A stretch of 63,999 nucleotides of DNA, counting the filler, from Pelomyxa schiedti (Eukaryota > Protista > Evosea), in assembly GCA_020536535.1 (NCBI GenBank). It is 14 parts of 14 records of this genome, joined end to end, with 100 filler letters (N's around TTAATTAATTAA, not from the genome) between each part and the next. Parts side by side here need not be neighbours in the genome. Positions count along the whole stretch, not along the records: positions 1 to 16,669 come from JAHLWZ010001141.1; 13 more parts are not named here. One strand, written 5' to 3'. The first letter of the stretch is position 1, and each line of letters begins with the position of its first letter. The position numbers were made by a program, and so were the translations under genes. Below are positions 1 through 11,975 of the stretch, piece by piece. A model generated the notes under the pieces. It saw nothing but the letters and a program-made list of their open reading frames with translations, was not told the DNA's origin and did not search any database.

Positions 1-1080
1 AAGTACGAGGAGGCAAAGGCCATGTGGTGTGCTGGAACCTACCTGAGAGGGGTGTGTTTGTTCCATGGCATCGGAACACCTGAGGACAGGAGTGGGGCAT
101 TACTCCTGGATTTGGAGTGTGAGCCTTATGGGTTCGGGCCATCCCTTTTTGCTATTGGATGGTACTACGAATGGCAAGGTGGTGCTGAGAAGGATTTCGC
201 AAAGGCCTTCCAGTACTATTTGTCTGCTGCTGAGAAAGGAGAAGCCAACTCACAAGTGAGCCTTGGGCTCATGTACAAGGAAGGACGTGGTACGAAAACG
301 AATGATGAGGAGGCAGTTCGTTGGTTACAAAAGAGCTGTGAGCAGGATAATTCCTATGGATACTCCAACCTCGCTTTGTGCTTCAAATTTGGCAAAGGTG
401 TGAAGAAAGATGAAGAAACAGCAACACGGTTGCTGAAGTTGGCTGTGGAACAAGGAGACCCGTGGTCACAACGAAAATTGGGGCTTCAGCCATCAGTGGG
501 CCCCACAGAATCACTGAGGCTGTTCCGCCTTGCTGCTGCACAAGGTGACACACTGGCACAGAGGGAACTCGCGAAGGCATTTCTGACTGGACAAGGAACA
601 ACTTCTCACTTGCCCAACCCAACACTTGCTGTGAAATTCTTCAAGTTGGCTGCTGAAAAGGGTGACCTTGCCGCTCAGGAATGTCTTGGGCTGATGTATT
701 TCGAGGGTGCTGGTGAGGAGGTGCCTCAGCAGTACCCCTTGGCTGTGAAATACTTCAGGCAGGCTGCAAACGCAGGGAGCCACATTGCACAAAACAGCCT
801 GGCACTGTGTTACCTCCGTGGGTGTGGTGTTACCCTTGATATGAGGGAAGCATTCAGACTGTACACACTTTCAGCAACACGTGGGAACCACAGAGCCAGG
901 TTCAACCTGGCCGCCTGCTATGCAATGAAGGAGGGGGCAACAACAACAAGGGATGTGAGGGAGGCACTCAGGTGGTTCAGGCTGTCTGCTGAACAGGGTC
1001 ACCCCACTTCTATCGTGGTGATGAAGCAGGTGAAAACAGGCAAGGACATACTCGCAGCACTGAGGGCAAGTATTCCCTGA
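1..1080 (+). CDS. Sel1-like repeat (SLR) protein, 5'-truncated at window edge
   Basis: Intronless ORF with about 8 SLR motifs (SQVSLGLMYKEGRGTKTNDEEAVRWLQKS; AQNSLALCYLRGCGV). Close paralog of 5744-7523. Confidence 0.93.
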   Translation, partial: KYEEAKAMWCAGTYLRGVCLFHGIGTPEDRSGALLLDLECEPYGFGPSLFAIGWYYEWQGGAEKDFAKAFQYYLSAAEKGEANSQVSLGLMYKEGRGTKTNDEEAVRWLQKSCEQDNSYGYSNLALCFKFGKGVKKDEETATRLLKLAVEQGDPWSQRKLGLQPSVGPTESLRLFRLAAAQGDTLAQRELAKAFLTGQGTTSHLPNPTLAVKFFKLAAEKGDLAAQECLGLMYFEGAGEEVPQQYPLAVKYFRQAANAGSHIAQNSLALCYLRGCGVTLDMREAFRLYTLSATRGNHRARFNLAACYAMKEGATTTRDVREALRWFRLSAEQGHPTSIVVMKQVKTGKDILAALRASIP

Positions 1081-1468
1081 AATGCTGCATGTTGGATCGC
1101 GTGTCGTTGTCGGTATTAACAGGAACAACAATAAATTCGCTTTTTGTGTGCTTTGGACAAACAACAACACTAGTTGTTCTGGTGATGATGCTGCAATTAC
1201 TGTTTGAGGCTGTGTGCTCACAAAACAATCTGATTACAAGGGGAAAAAACGATTGTTTTGATTAAAATCGTCCTGAAATCAAATTCCAAATTGGCAATGC
1301 CAACAATTCACAGGAGCGAGAAGCCGAATCACTTCCGTTCCTTGGGAGAAAGAGGGTCCGGGAGGTTCTTTGAGGTTCACAGAGGAAATCGATACCCACA
1401 AACTCCACCATGACAAAACAATTCGATTTGCCTTGGGACCTACCTCTTTTAATATTTATTCAGCCAAA

Positions 1469-2785
1469 ATGGCGTTGGAGTTTGCGTTCACAGGCGGCCA
1501 CGTTCTGCGTGCTCGCGAACAACTTGGCGCGTTGGTGTCCGCGTCGGCCGTTGTTGGCGGTTCGCAACACGACCACAACCACGCGGGAGCCACCACCGCA
1601 CTCGCCACGTGGGGACACGTCGTGGGCAGGCTGGTGTGGGACGTGGTCGTGTCGACAGCCAGGGTGTTTGTGTTCCAGGTAGAGGGCAGAAAAAAGACAG
1701 GAGCAGGAGGAGGAGCGGCAAGTGGCGCAGCCACCATCACCAGTTACCACTACTCACAAGGGGGTTTCATACGGAGGTGCTTGTGCGTGAGGCTGTCGCC
1801 GCTGCTGCTCAGCATCGTGGGTGATGTCGAGGACAGGGCCGCCGGCGTCAGCCACCTGTGGGTGCGTGACAGCATGTGCCTGATGTACAACCAGATACTG
1901 GACCCTGATGCCGACGGGCCGGCAACGGGCCGTCACTGGGTTCTGCGAAGCGGCGATGTTGCGGGATTCAACAAGGGTGATGATGGGGTGTACCTTTTCC
2001 GCAGCAGCAGGTGTGATGCCGTTAATTCCAAGTGGATTGCTGCGTTTGGAACTGACGTTGACGGGAGGTATGCCATCCGGCTTTACCGTTTCAACGGCAG
2101 CAACAGCTCTGCTAGTTTTTGTGGGCAGTTCAGGATCCCACAGGTCCTCAGTGATGATGGGGGCCAAGATGGTGTCTTCATGAAGTTGAACAATCAATGG
2201 CCTGACGAGCAATTCATCAACAAGAGGTTGGCGCAGCCAGTGTTGATAGTGATTGATGTGGAGCAGACACACGCAACAGGTTCTCTCTGTGTTTTCAGCA
2301 CCACTGCCTGCCAAGTAGAATCAGTATCCACTCTTGACATCACATCTGCATTTGTGATGAGGAAGAGAAGTGGTGTTCGCTGTTTCATCTGCACAGGATT
2401 CCTCTATGATACCCCGGAAATGACAGGGATGGCAGTGGAAGAGGGAAGTGGTCGCGTCACACCACTTTCTCCGTTCCTTTCATTTTCACCTGTCAACGAC
2501 TCTGTGTTCCTCATCAGGAATAAAAGCCAGTTGAGTGAGGTGATGATCTGTGACTGCAACGATCCCACCAACCCCTGGAAAGTTCTTGTGTCCAATGCTG
2601 AAAACTTTTCTTCTTCATCTACACGATTCAACACGTGGTCTGAATCAGGGTTCATCTTTGGTTCTTCCCAATCACAGGTCATGGTGATGGAGCCGTTCAC
2701 TGGAATCTGCCTGTTGATGGTTTTGAGCACCCTTTTCACACGAGTGCGACGAGCGGGAACATTGCCTCAGCCCTTAAAAGTGTAA
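1469..2785 (+). CDS. Lineage-expanded family protein (ARxQ N-terminal motif, NSKW, IDVEQT, EEGSG, DCND, SESGFIF); native C-terminus replaced after ~2715
   Basis: Intronless ORF, collinear paralog of 4229-5698. Similarity ends abruptly at 'atctgcctgtt' (~2715). Confidence 0.8.
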   Translation: MALEFAFTGGHVLRAREQLGALVSASAVVGGSQHDHNHAGATTALATWGHVVGRLVWDVVVSTARVFVFQVEGRKKTGAGGGAASGAATITSYHYSQGGFIRRCLCVRLSPLLLSIVGDVEDRAAGVSHLWVRDSMCLMYNQILDPDADGPATGRHWVLRSGDVAGFNKGDDGVYLFRSSRCDAVNSKWIAAFGTDVDGRYAIRLYRFNGSNSSASFCGQFRIPQVLSDDGGQDGVFMKLNNQWPDEQFINKRLAQPVLIVIDVEQTHATGSLCVFSTTACQVESVSTLDITSAFVMRKRSGVRCFICTGFLYDTPEMTGMAVEEGSGRVTPLSPFLSFSPVNDSVFLIRNKSQLSEVMICDCNDPTNPWKVLVSNAENFSSSSTRFNTWSESGFIFGSSQSQVMVMEPFTGICLLMVLSTLFTRVRRAGTLPQPLKV

Positions 2786-4228
2786 CGTCGCCACCCCGAC
2801 CACGACGATGACGATGAGTGGCGCGTGGTCATCGGACAATACCCAAGAGCATTCTCGGCCGTTATCGTAGTCGGCGGCGGGTGTTGTGCTGTCGAGCCAT
2901 GGACCATGTGCCACACGAGACGTGACACCTCCAGTACCAGATGTGCACGTGCATCCTGCCCGGGGGGTGCTGTTTACAATAACTCTACTCTATGTATTCT
3001 GTTTACAATGACTATTAAATTGAAAATTTCTTTCTCAAAGTAATTCTTCAACCTCTATGAGCATTAACTGCTTATAAAACGCAAATACAAGGCAATAAAA
3101 CAAATGGAAACAAAATGAATAAATAGAGTTGCACTTGATACATAGATTTGCATGTTAGCATTACACGCTTGTCTGAACACTTGCTGTATGTATGCATGAT
3201 TCCCATCATTTATGTACTAATCCTGTTGCAAGATGCATGTTGCCAGTGCCACAAATGTGCGCCTCAGTGCTGGGAATATCCGGTTGAGTACACGAACTCC
3301 GCAAAACAGGGAGAGGACTTTCCACATTGTTGCATGTTTGTATTGCAGGATTCCAACACACAACTGGAATGTACTTCTTTCCAATGGCCTTGGATTCCAA
3401 CACCCTTTAGGACCTTCCATTTGCCCATGTCGCAGCATTATGAATTAGAAGGATTGGTATCTCTTGTGGCCACTGTTTTTCATCATGGCGAAATCACCAA
3501 GATTGGAAGGATCCTACAACCTCTGAGTTGATGTACCGCGGGAAATTACAATTGACCCGACATAGTATCTCTACTACTTGCGGCAAGCTTTGTTACTATT
3601 CTTACATAGTTCTATGGATTGAATTATTAAAACATAAAACTGTTGTATTGCTGATAACTTCGTTTTTCAAGTTTGTTAATCTTTCCATCAGACATCTCTT
3701 CACTGGCGCTATCTGACAAGATGTACCTTCCCAGCGGAAAACTCACAAAAAGCAATTTTAGGGACAGACACCAGAAGCGCTGATAAACAAACGATATTCC
3801 TCTCTTCTAGTATGTACACTACGAAATTGTTGTCTTTATTTAAAACTATAACTAAGGTTTGTTTGACATTGTGTGAAATGTTTATTGAAGGGCCAGAATT
3901 AAACCTCTGGCCAGCCAATCCAGCCTTGGTAAGTATCCATGTTCTGCCATAAGTGAGAACACAAGTTGTATTGGATTTGCTGTGAATTGAGTTAGTTAAA
4001 GGTGATCCCAAATAAGGTGATCCCAAATAAGTTCGAATTTGATCGTTGGCCAACACAAAACTGTGACGTGTGACGTGGTGCTTTGGAACCACTGGCCTGT
4101 GTGGACAGTATGCCACCCACACCTTAATTGCCGGAAATGCGACACTTGAAGGGGGAAAAAACCTGCTGCATATATGCTTTCGGGTTTTCGTTAAGGGTTT
4201 AAGGGGGCTACTCTAATTGGGGAAATCA

Positions 4229-5698
4229 ATGTGGCCTCAACACGACCCGGCAATGGAGTTTGCCAAAGGCCCCCACCACGTCGTACTGCGCGCTCGCGAC
4301 CAACTTGGCGCTTTGGCGTCCGCCTGCGTCGTCGGTCAACAACATCAGCGACTGCAAAACCACACACCACAGCAGCAACACAGCGACGACGCGCCGGGAG
4401 CCACGACGACCCCAACGGCGAGCGCCGCCGCACTCGCGACGTGGGGGCACGTCGTGGCCAGGCTGGTGCGGGACATGGTCGTGTCCACCGCCCGGGTGTT
4501 TGTGTTCGAGGTCGAGGGCAGAGAAAAGGAAAGAGCCGCCGCTGGTGATGATGGTGGTGATGATGATGGTGGTGAAGATGATGATGACGGAAGGGAAGGA
4601 AGTGCTGGTGCTGCCAACACTAACGATTACTACCACTCGTCGCCGCACTCGTCGTCGTCGTCACAAGGGGGTCTCACACGGAGGTGCCTGTGCGTGAGGT
4701 TGTCGCCGCTGCTGCTCAGCATCGTGGGCGATGAGGTAGAGGACAGGGCCGCTGGCGTCAGCACCCTGTGGGTGCGCCACAACATGTGCCTTATGTCCTA
4801 TCGGAATCTATACCATCCGGCAACAGGTCGCAAGTGGGTGTGGCACAGTGGCTACGACGGTGGATTTGGTAAGGACCTTTTTGAGGAGCCAATGTGCTTC
4901 CACAACAGCAGATGTGATGCTGTCAATTACAAGTGGATTGTTGCGCTTGGTGCCGAGGGTGGCGGTGCCAGGAATCTTCTCCAGCTTCACTGCTTCAACA
5001 GCAACAACAGGTCCACAACTTTTTGTGGGCAGTTCAGGATCCCACTGCTGGACTTTGACGATGGTGAGGACCCAGATAGTGTCTTCATGAAGTTAAACAA
5101 CAGATGGCCTGATGAATTGTTGCTCGTCATCAACAAGAGGGTGGGGATGGGGCAGCCGTCCTTGGTGGTGATTGATGTGGAGCAGACCAACACAACAGGT
5201 TCTCTCTGTGTTGTCAGCACCACTGCCTGCCAAGTAGAATCAGTATCCACTCTTGGCATCACATCTGCATTTGTGATGAGGAAGAGAAGTGGTGTTCGCT
5301 GTTTCATCTGCACAGGATTCCTCTATGGTACTCCGAAAAAGAGAGGGATGGCAGTGGAAGAGGGAAGTGGTCGCGTCACACCACTTTCCCCGTTCCTTTC
5401 ATTTTCACCTGTCAACGACTCTGTGTTCCTCATTAGGAATCAAAGTCAGTTGCGCACGATAATGCTCTGTGACTGCAACGATCCCACCAACCCCTGGAAA
5501 GTTCTTGTGTCCAACGCTGTATCCTCTTCTTCTTATTACTCATGTCTGGAAGAGGAAGTACGGTCTGAATCAGGGTTCATCTTTGGTTCTTCTCAATCAC
5601 AGGTCATGGTGATTGAACCATTCACTGGTTTCTGTCTGTTCGCACTTGAATTTCCACGGTGTGACATTTTCACCACCAAAATCCTTTTTTCTTCTTAG
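4229..5698 (+). CDS. Lineage-expanded family protein, paralog of 1469-2785
   Basis: Intronless ORF of about 490 aa with the same ordered motifs. The 3' half is nearly identical in DNA to 2250-2600. Confidence 0.85.
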   Translation: MWPQHDPAMEFAKGPHHVVLRARDQLGALASACVVGQQHQRLQNHTPQQQHSDDAPGATTTPTASAAALATWGHVVARLVRDMVVSTARVFVFEVEGREKERAAAGDDGGDDDGGEDDDDGREGSAGAANTNDYYHSSPHSSSSSQGGLTRRCLCVRLSPLLLSIVGDEVEDRAAGVSTLWVRHNMCLMSYRNLYHPATGRKWVWHSGYDGGFGKDLFEEPMCFHNSRCDAVNYKWIVALGAEGGGARNLLQLHCFNSNNRSTTFCGQFRIPLLDFDDGEDPDSVFMKLNNRWPDELLLVINKRVGMGQPSLVVIDVEQTNTTGSLCVVSTTACQVESVSTLGITSAFVMRKRSGVRCFICTGFLYGTPKKRGMAVEEGSGRVTPLSPFLSFSPVNDSVFLIRNQSQLRTIMLCDCNDPTNPWKVLVSNAVSSSSYYSCLEEEVRSESGFIFGSSQSQVMVIEPFTGFCLFALEFPRCDIFTTKILFSS

Positions 5699-5743
5699 AC
5701 CCGTTACATCCCTCAGATTGAAATTGATTTTTTGTGTTGTAAA

Positions 5744-7523
5744 ATGTACCGCGAAGGGACCTCTGCGGGTGGCACCGAGAAGGAGCCGGGGGATGGTGAC
5801 ACCGCCAACAATAACAACAACGAGGAGGAGGAGGGGGTGGAGGGGGGGATTGGAGCAGGACTTGGATTGGTGACGTCACTCGGCCTTGGCGACTACGACG
5901 GTGCCTACCACTCCTGCTTGCATCTCCTCCTCCTCCGTGCCTCCTCCTCCTCCTCGTCGCCATTGGTAACAACAACAACGACAACAACGTCCGCAATGGA
6001 CGACGCCATGGAGCACGCGCACGGGACTCCTCCCACAAGTCGCCCTGGGCAGGCGTGCCGGTGGTCGTTCGATTTGAACGGCCTCCTGGCCTCTACAATT
6101 GACCCAATCAACACATGTTGATGATGAAGATTCTGTTGATGTTGCCTGCGGCGGTAGTGGTGGCTCGAGTGCGGCCACAGGCAGCAGTACTTCAGGGTGC
6201 ATGGGAGGGATGGGTGTCCAATGTGGGGGGAAGTGGAGGGCACTGGCGCTGCTGGTGCTGAGGTATGTGTACAGTGGGAAGCCGTCACTTTTCAGGAAAT
6301 ACAGGCCGCACCTTGTATTTCCCCCTGATGGGCTGCGAATCGCGGCAAAGAACTGTTCTGCTGAATCACTGCGGTTCGCCAAAGAGGTGCTGGATGCAGC
6401 TTCCTTGAACAAGCCCAGGCTTGATGTGAACAGGGCAGGAATGACAGCTAGTGAAATCCGCAATTATGAAGAGGCCAAGGCCCTGTGGTGTGCTGCAACA
6501 TGCCTGAAAGGGTGCTGTTTGTTCCATGGCATTGGGACACCCCAGAACAAGAGTGGGTCTTTCATGTTGGGTTTGGAGTGCGAGCCTTACGACTTCAGCC
6601 TCGCTCTTGCAGATATTGGATGGTTCTATGATGAAGGGCAAGGCGTCGTTGAAAAGGACTTTGCCAAAGCACACAAATACTATTTGGCCGCTTCTGAGAA
6701 AGGGCATTCCAGCTCACAGGTATGCCTTGGACTCATGTATAAGGATGGGTATGGTGTCAAAAAGAACGAAGAGGAGGCTGTTCGCTGGTTCCAAAAGAGC
6801 TGTGAGCAGGAGAATTCGTATGGATACGCCAACTTGGCTTTCTGTTATCAATATGGCCGTGGTGTGAAGAAAGATGAAGCAGAGGCAACACGGCTTCTGA
6901 AGTTGGCTGTGGAGCAAGGAGACGCCTGGTCACAGCGCAAATTGGGCCTGCAGGCATGCACTTCCCCAGAGGAATCACTGAGGCTGTTCCGCCTCGCTGC
7001 TGCACAAGGTGACACACTGGCACAGAGGGAACTTGCTGACATACTGAGGGCCGGAAATGGAACTCGCAATTCAACACCGAACCCAGCCCTTGCTGTGAAG
7101 TTCTACAAACTCGCAGCTGACAAGGGTGACCGTGTTTCCCAGGAGGTTCTGGGGCTGATGTACTTCAATGGGGAGGATGTCATTCCTCAAGACTACTCCG
7201 TGGCCGTGCAATACTTCCGCCAGGCAGCCAAAGCAGGGAGCACCACTGCCCAGAACAACCTGGCACTGTGCTACAACCGTGGCTATGGCGTTCCTGTGGA
7301 CCTGACTGAGGCATTCAGGCTGTACACCCTTTCAGCAACAGCAGGAGGTGGTTCAGAGGGTGATTCCACAGCACAGTTCAACCTGGCAGTGTGCTATGCG
7401 GTGAGTGAAGGCATTGGAACCAGGGATGTGAGGGAGGCACTCAGGTGGTACAGGCTTGCAGCCGAACAAGGCCAGCCCACTGCTGTCAGTGTCATTGAGC
7501 AGGTGATGGCAGGCACATGGTGA
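5744..7523 (+). CDS. Sel1-like repeat protein with low-complexity N-terminus; frameshift near 6100-6120
   Basis: ORF 5744-6121 overlaps ORF 6099-7523 in another frame and no convincing GT-AG intron explains it. Clear SLR repeats at 6590-7490. Confidence 0.85.
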
Positions 7524-7728
7524 AACGAGCCACAAAGGTTCACCTTCCTTCCCTGGCCCACAATCCCGGCTCCGCCAAACACAGCGTTGTTTATGAGTGG
7601 CAGTGGACTGGTTGAGGACGGGGGCTGTTTTTTCTCTTCATCAAAAACAGGAAAAAAAAAAATAAGAAGACGTAGATCTACGTCGCTTCGTTCGTTCCCT
7701 CTTCTCGTCTGACGAGTGAAACGGTATC

Positions 7729-10110
7729 ATGGGACAAGGTGAATCAGGAGCAGGGGGTGCCGCCCCGAACGCGGCGCCGTCGTCCTCGTCGTCGACGACT
7801 GGTGGTGGTGCGCCCCCATCCCATAATCGTTTGTTTTTTTTGCACTGTTGCCGACGAGAAATGTTATAGAGGGAGCGACAAAGCCGATGGATTGGGAGTT
7901 GAAACACAAATTCGCCAAAGGGGCTGCCTACAACAGTAAAATAATTTCACTCGTTGTTGCTTTCTAACGCCTATTAAACAGTGAAAGTTTTGATTCGTGG
8001 GGACAGAAACACGGGTAGAATTTGTCTTTTTTTTTTTTTTTTTTTTCCCCTAGGGGTAACTTTTCCTCTCTCTTTTCTTTTAGGTAAAACCTGTTTGTGG
8101 CGCAGACTCCAAGGAATGCAATTTCAGTACAACTACGATCCAACGGAACAAATTCAAGTGGCAACAATCAACTGGGACTATAAAGGCACCAGTTTTCCCC
8201 TAAGATTATTGATTTACTGACTGTTTCAAAGTAACGGATGATATTGTTAAAGTTGAAGGTCTTCATATTTCCACCCAAGTCAAGCTCTTGCTCACCTATC
8301 TTTTCAGTTTGGGATGTAGTTGATAAAGGGAAACCCAAGAAGAAGAATGCGGGTCTCAAAATTTCTCTTGATCAGCCAACAGAGGACACAGAGGATGATA
8401 TTGTAGAGGAAGAACCAACGGAATCACCATCTACCCCCAAAAGTGGGAAACCTGAAATAAGTACGGTTACATTCAAACTCATTATCAGTATCTTATTTCC
8501 ACAAGAAACTGGGCAGTTCCAAGTGGGAGCTCTGGATGCTCGTAAACAACTGGCATTTTTTCCTAATTATTCTGAACTTCAAAAAAGGAACAATTGACGT
8601 AATGAGAGGAACCGATGGTGTCGTTTTCATGTTCGATATCACCAAGAGGTGGACATTTGAGTACATTACTCGCGAACTTCCCAAGCTTCCCCCAACTACT
8701 TTTGTGCTTATATGCGTATGTGTTATGCAATGGAGAAAAAAAAAGCTAATCACAACAAAGGCAAACTTCATGGACATGGAGGAACATCGGCAGGTATCCT
8801 CTTTGGAGGCAAGCGAACTTGTTCGAGAACGGAATCCAAACTTCACTGTTTACGTTGAGTGCTGCATGAAAAATGGCTATGGAATGAAGACTATAGCCTC
8901 TTTCTTCAATTTACCTTTTTTGAACATACAGGTAGTTTCCGTTGAATGGTATTTAACGTAACGTCCGTTCAGAGGCAAAATTTGCTGCGCCAACTGGAAC
9001 GTAACTCCGCAGATATAAAACAGGTCTCTGAAGAACTCACTGTCCTTTCACAGGCCCAAAGCTATGACATGTAAACATACTGATTAACAAATCCTCTCCC
9101 TAACCACTTGACAGGTACCTTCAGAGCTTGGAAGCGAAGAAGTCTTTGCAGAAGAATCCTGGTTCCTTTCCAGAGTTTATTAAATCCTTTCTCAAATTTA
9201 CATAGCAACTCCACCTACACAACCAAGACAGCCAAGTTCCGGTCAGCTTCAACAGCAAGGGTCCTCACCTGCACTAACCAGTCCTCCCACAACTGGGTCC
9301 TCACCAACAGGCGCCAAAGCTCCGGCTACGCCTACCACAGAGCCCTCACAAGAACACAAAGCCACAACAAAAGTCCCTACTCCGGAGCTAGTCAAAACCC
9401 CAGAACCAGTAAAACCAAAACCCTCACCTGAACCAGCAAAACCTGAACCAAAAGTACCTGAACCAACACCAAAACCCAAACCAGAAGCCCCCCTCAAAAT
9501 AGCTAATACTGAACCCACAAAACCCAAGGCCACACCTGAACCAGCAAAAGTGAAATCCGCACCGGAGCCAGTAAAGGTGCCAGAACCAAAAGGAGCTGAA
9601 CCAAAGGTAAAACCACCTGAAGTGAAGCCAAAAGCAAAACCCGCTCCTGCAAAGATAGTGAAACCGGATCCAAAAAAACAAAAAGAAGAAGAACTCAAAG
9701 GTATGGCACACCCTTCCTACCAAATGCTAACTTCAAAACAAACAAGCCATTGAAGCACTCAAGGCCATGGCAACAAAACCAACTGGAGGAGAGCCAACAG
9801 TCGAAAATGCTGAGGACTTTGTCCCCGGGGAGACTGACCTTGATGATGAGTTCTTTAACACCATCCCCACAGCTCCTCCTCCAACCACAACAAAGAAAGG
9901 AGCAAAAACCAAAGAGAAGCCCAAGACTGCAGAACCGGCCAAAAAAACGGCACCTGTTATGATTCAGGAAGAAAGTCCTTCCTCCGATGAAGACGATTCC
10001 ACAACGTATGTCCTCATAAACCATTCCCGCAGTATACTTACCCAAATACAATTCTGCATAGCCGGAAGAACCCTCTTGTTGTTGCTGACCTTGATCCTGA
10101 TGACGAGTAA
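7729..10110 (+). CDS. RABL6: Rab-like protein 6 (RBEL1/PARF) homolog, multi-exon, with P/E/K-rich tail and possible N-myristoylation (MGQGES)
   Basis: Spliced translation [31 protein letters not shown]...[18 protein letters not shown]...[22 protein letters not shown]...FFNLPFL matches RABL6 signature motifs. One GC-AG intron at ~8186-8230. Confidence 0.93.
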
Positions 10111-10283
10111 CCATTCCCACATTAAATCAAAGCAGGTCCATACATATGTTCTTTATGTATTCTTTTTGCAACTAAAAAAATTTTCCTCTTTGAATTTGCA
10201 ACAACTTTTTCTCTAGCAGTAATCGAGGAGAAATGCTTGGAGTAGGAAACACAACAAATACATTTTATTGGATGGTACCGATA

Positions 10284-11847
10284 TTAACTAGACACAGAGG
10301 ATTTCAACATAATAGGTAGCTCAGCAGTGCCTGTTGGCATTTGGTATTTGTACAAGGATCCGTTTCCTGTCACTACAACGAGGGAAGTCCCACCATCACA
10401 AATTCCACAGACACATGGAATTCCGGCTCCTCCCGGTATTTTGGCTACTTGTTCACTTCTAGGGTCCCACTAAAAGAAGAGTGAGTTTCAAATAAACATA
10501 AATGAGGAACACACCCAATCTGATGGAATTATATATGATATGGCCCAGTGCGGTGCTGCTGGTTGTGGAGGGGCATTGGGGTCGGGGACCTGTCACGTGA
10601 TTGAGTATTTGTTTGTGAAAAAGGTTTTATTTGACCTTGAAGAGATGTATGGTGCCGGTATCGGAAGACACAGCCAGACGTGAACTGTCACTTGAAAACG
10701 CAATAGATCCAATAGTAGCAATGCTACTGCCCCGCCGGAAGGAAGCTAATTTCAGCATATCTGGAAGTCTAAAGATACGAATAATTGTTCCCTGGGCAAT
10801 ATGACTGGAATTGTCTTTTTTGGATGAGACTACCTTGTGAGAAGCGGTTGCTAAAAGAGTCCCACACGGATTGAGACCAAGGGCCGCAATTGGACCGTTA
10901 TGAGCTTTTCCCGTAACAACATGCTGCAGAGTATCGGCATTGAAGATCCCTACATCACCAACGTTTGGAGTTGCGTAGGCAACAAACCCTCCAGTATTTA
11001 TTCCGCTGGCTGATAAATACGACAGTGCACATACACCTGATTTCAGCACATAAGTGGTCACAGTCAGGAAACAGACGAAATTACCTTTGGTATTCCTATC
11101 AGTTTCTAGAGAGCCAAGAATTTGCATATTCGAATCGTGAATGTGAATGCACATCTCTAAAATTACGACAATGCTAAGAGGAATTTTAAAGCGAAAAGTT
11201 TTTGCATGGGGCATTACCGTTTAACGTTAATCTTGAGGCCATAAATTACCGTAGGAAAAACAACATCTCCCACTTTCGGAGTAGGAGACTCACAATCAAA
11301 AAATGTAACAGCCCTGGGAGACAAATCGACCTAGTGGCCCAAAGTTAAATCGCCAACCAACCAACACACCCACAAAACCAACATCCCATTAACTTAAAAT
11401 CAATAAAAGAAGAAAAAAAAAGCAAACCTGGTCGCCAAAGCCCACAACAGCCACCATTGTGCTCATTTGCAGCGTAGCATTAATGTTCCCCAAATAGCCA
11501 CCGATACTGGTACTAGCACTTGTAGTGCTCGTAGCAGGAGGCAGGGGCACGACCCCGCACGCACTCACGCTCCCAATCCCCGTGTTTGCCCCTGTCCCCG
11601 TAGCGTTCACGTTGGCGATACCGCACACACGCGCAGCTGACGACGCGTCGTACACGTCGCATCCACCGCTCGTACCAACAACGATTCGCCTGTCGTTTGT
11701 TGCTTTAGAAAAATGAAAAAAGCAGACGCCACCAGCAACGAGAAAAAGTAGGCGGGGAAAAAAAAAAGAAAAAAGTACGCACGAGAAGTCGGGAGAGAAG
11801 TCGACATAATTGAGGTTGCCAGACCCGTATCGCCCCCCAACTCGCAT
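10284..11847 (-). CDS. ATG18: Atg18/WIPI PROPPIN beta-propeller, multi-exon
   Basis: AHNGPIAALGLNPCGTLLATASHK|GTIIRIF, FRRG phosphoinositide-binding motif, SSDTGTIHLF. Confidence 0.92.
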
Positions 11848-11975
11848 CCCCGCTAGATCCCACTGTACCACTACCGCTTCTTTTTCGGAAGGGCCTGTTT
11901 CCAAGTTGGCTGCCTCTCAGTTGGTTGACATGTTCTAGGAAGAGATCAAAAAAGAAAGACGGTTGGGGTGCGCTG

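Noticed and set aside
3100-4130. Possible gene or transposase between the family paralogs
   Set aside because: All frames are broken and no motif is recognisable. Only a 15-bp tandem duplication (~3999-4030) is certain.
1-7523. Bacterial contamination or endosymbiont origin of the intronless Sel1 genes
   Set aside because: They share a contig with intron-rich RABL6 and ATG18, have eukaryote-style low-complexity N-termini, and show no operon or RBS signals. Ancient transfer cannot be excluded.
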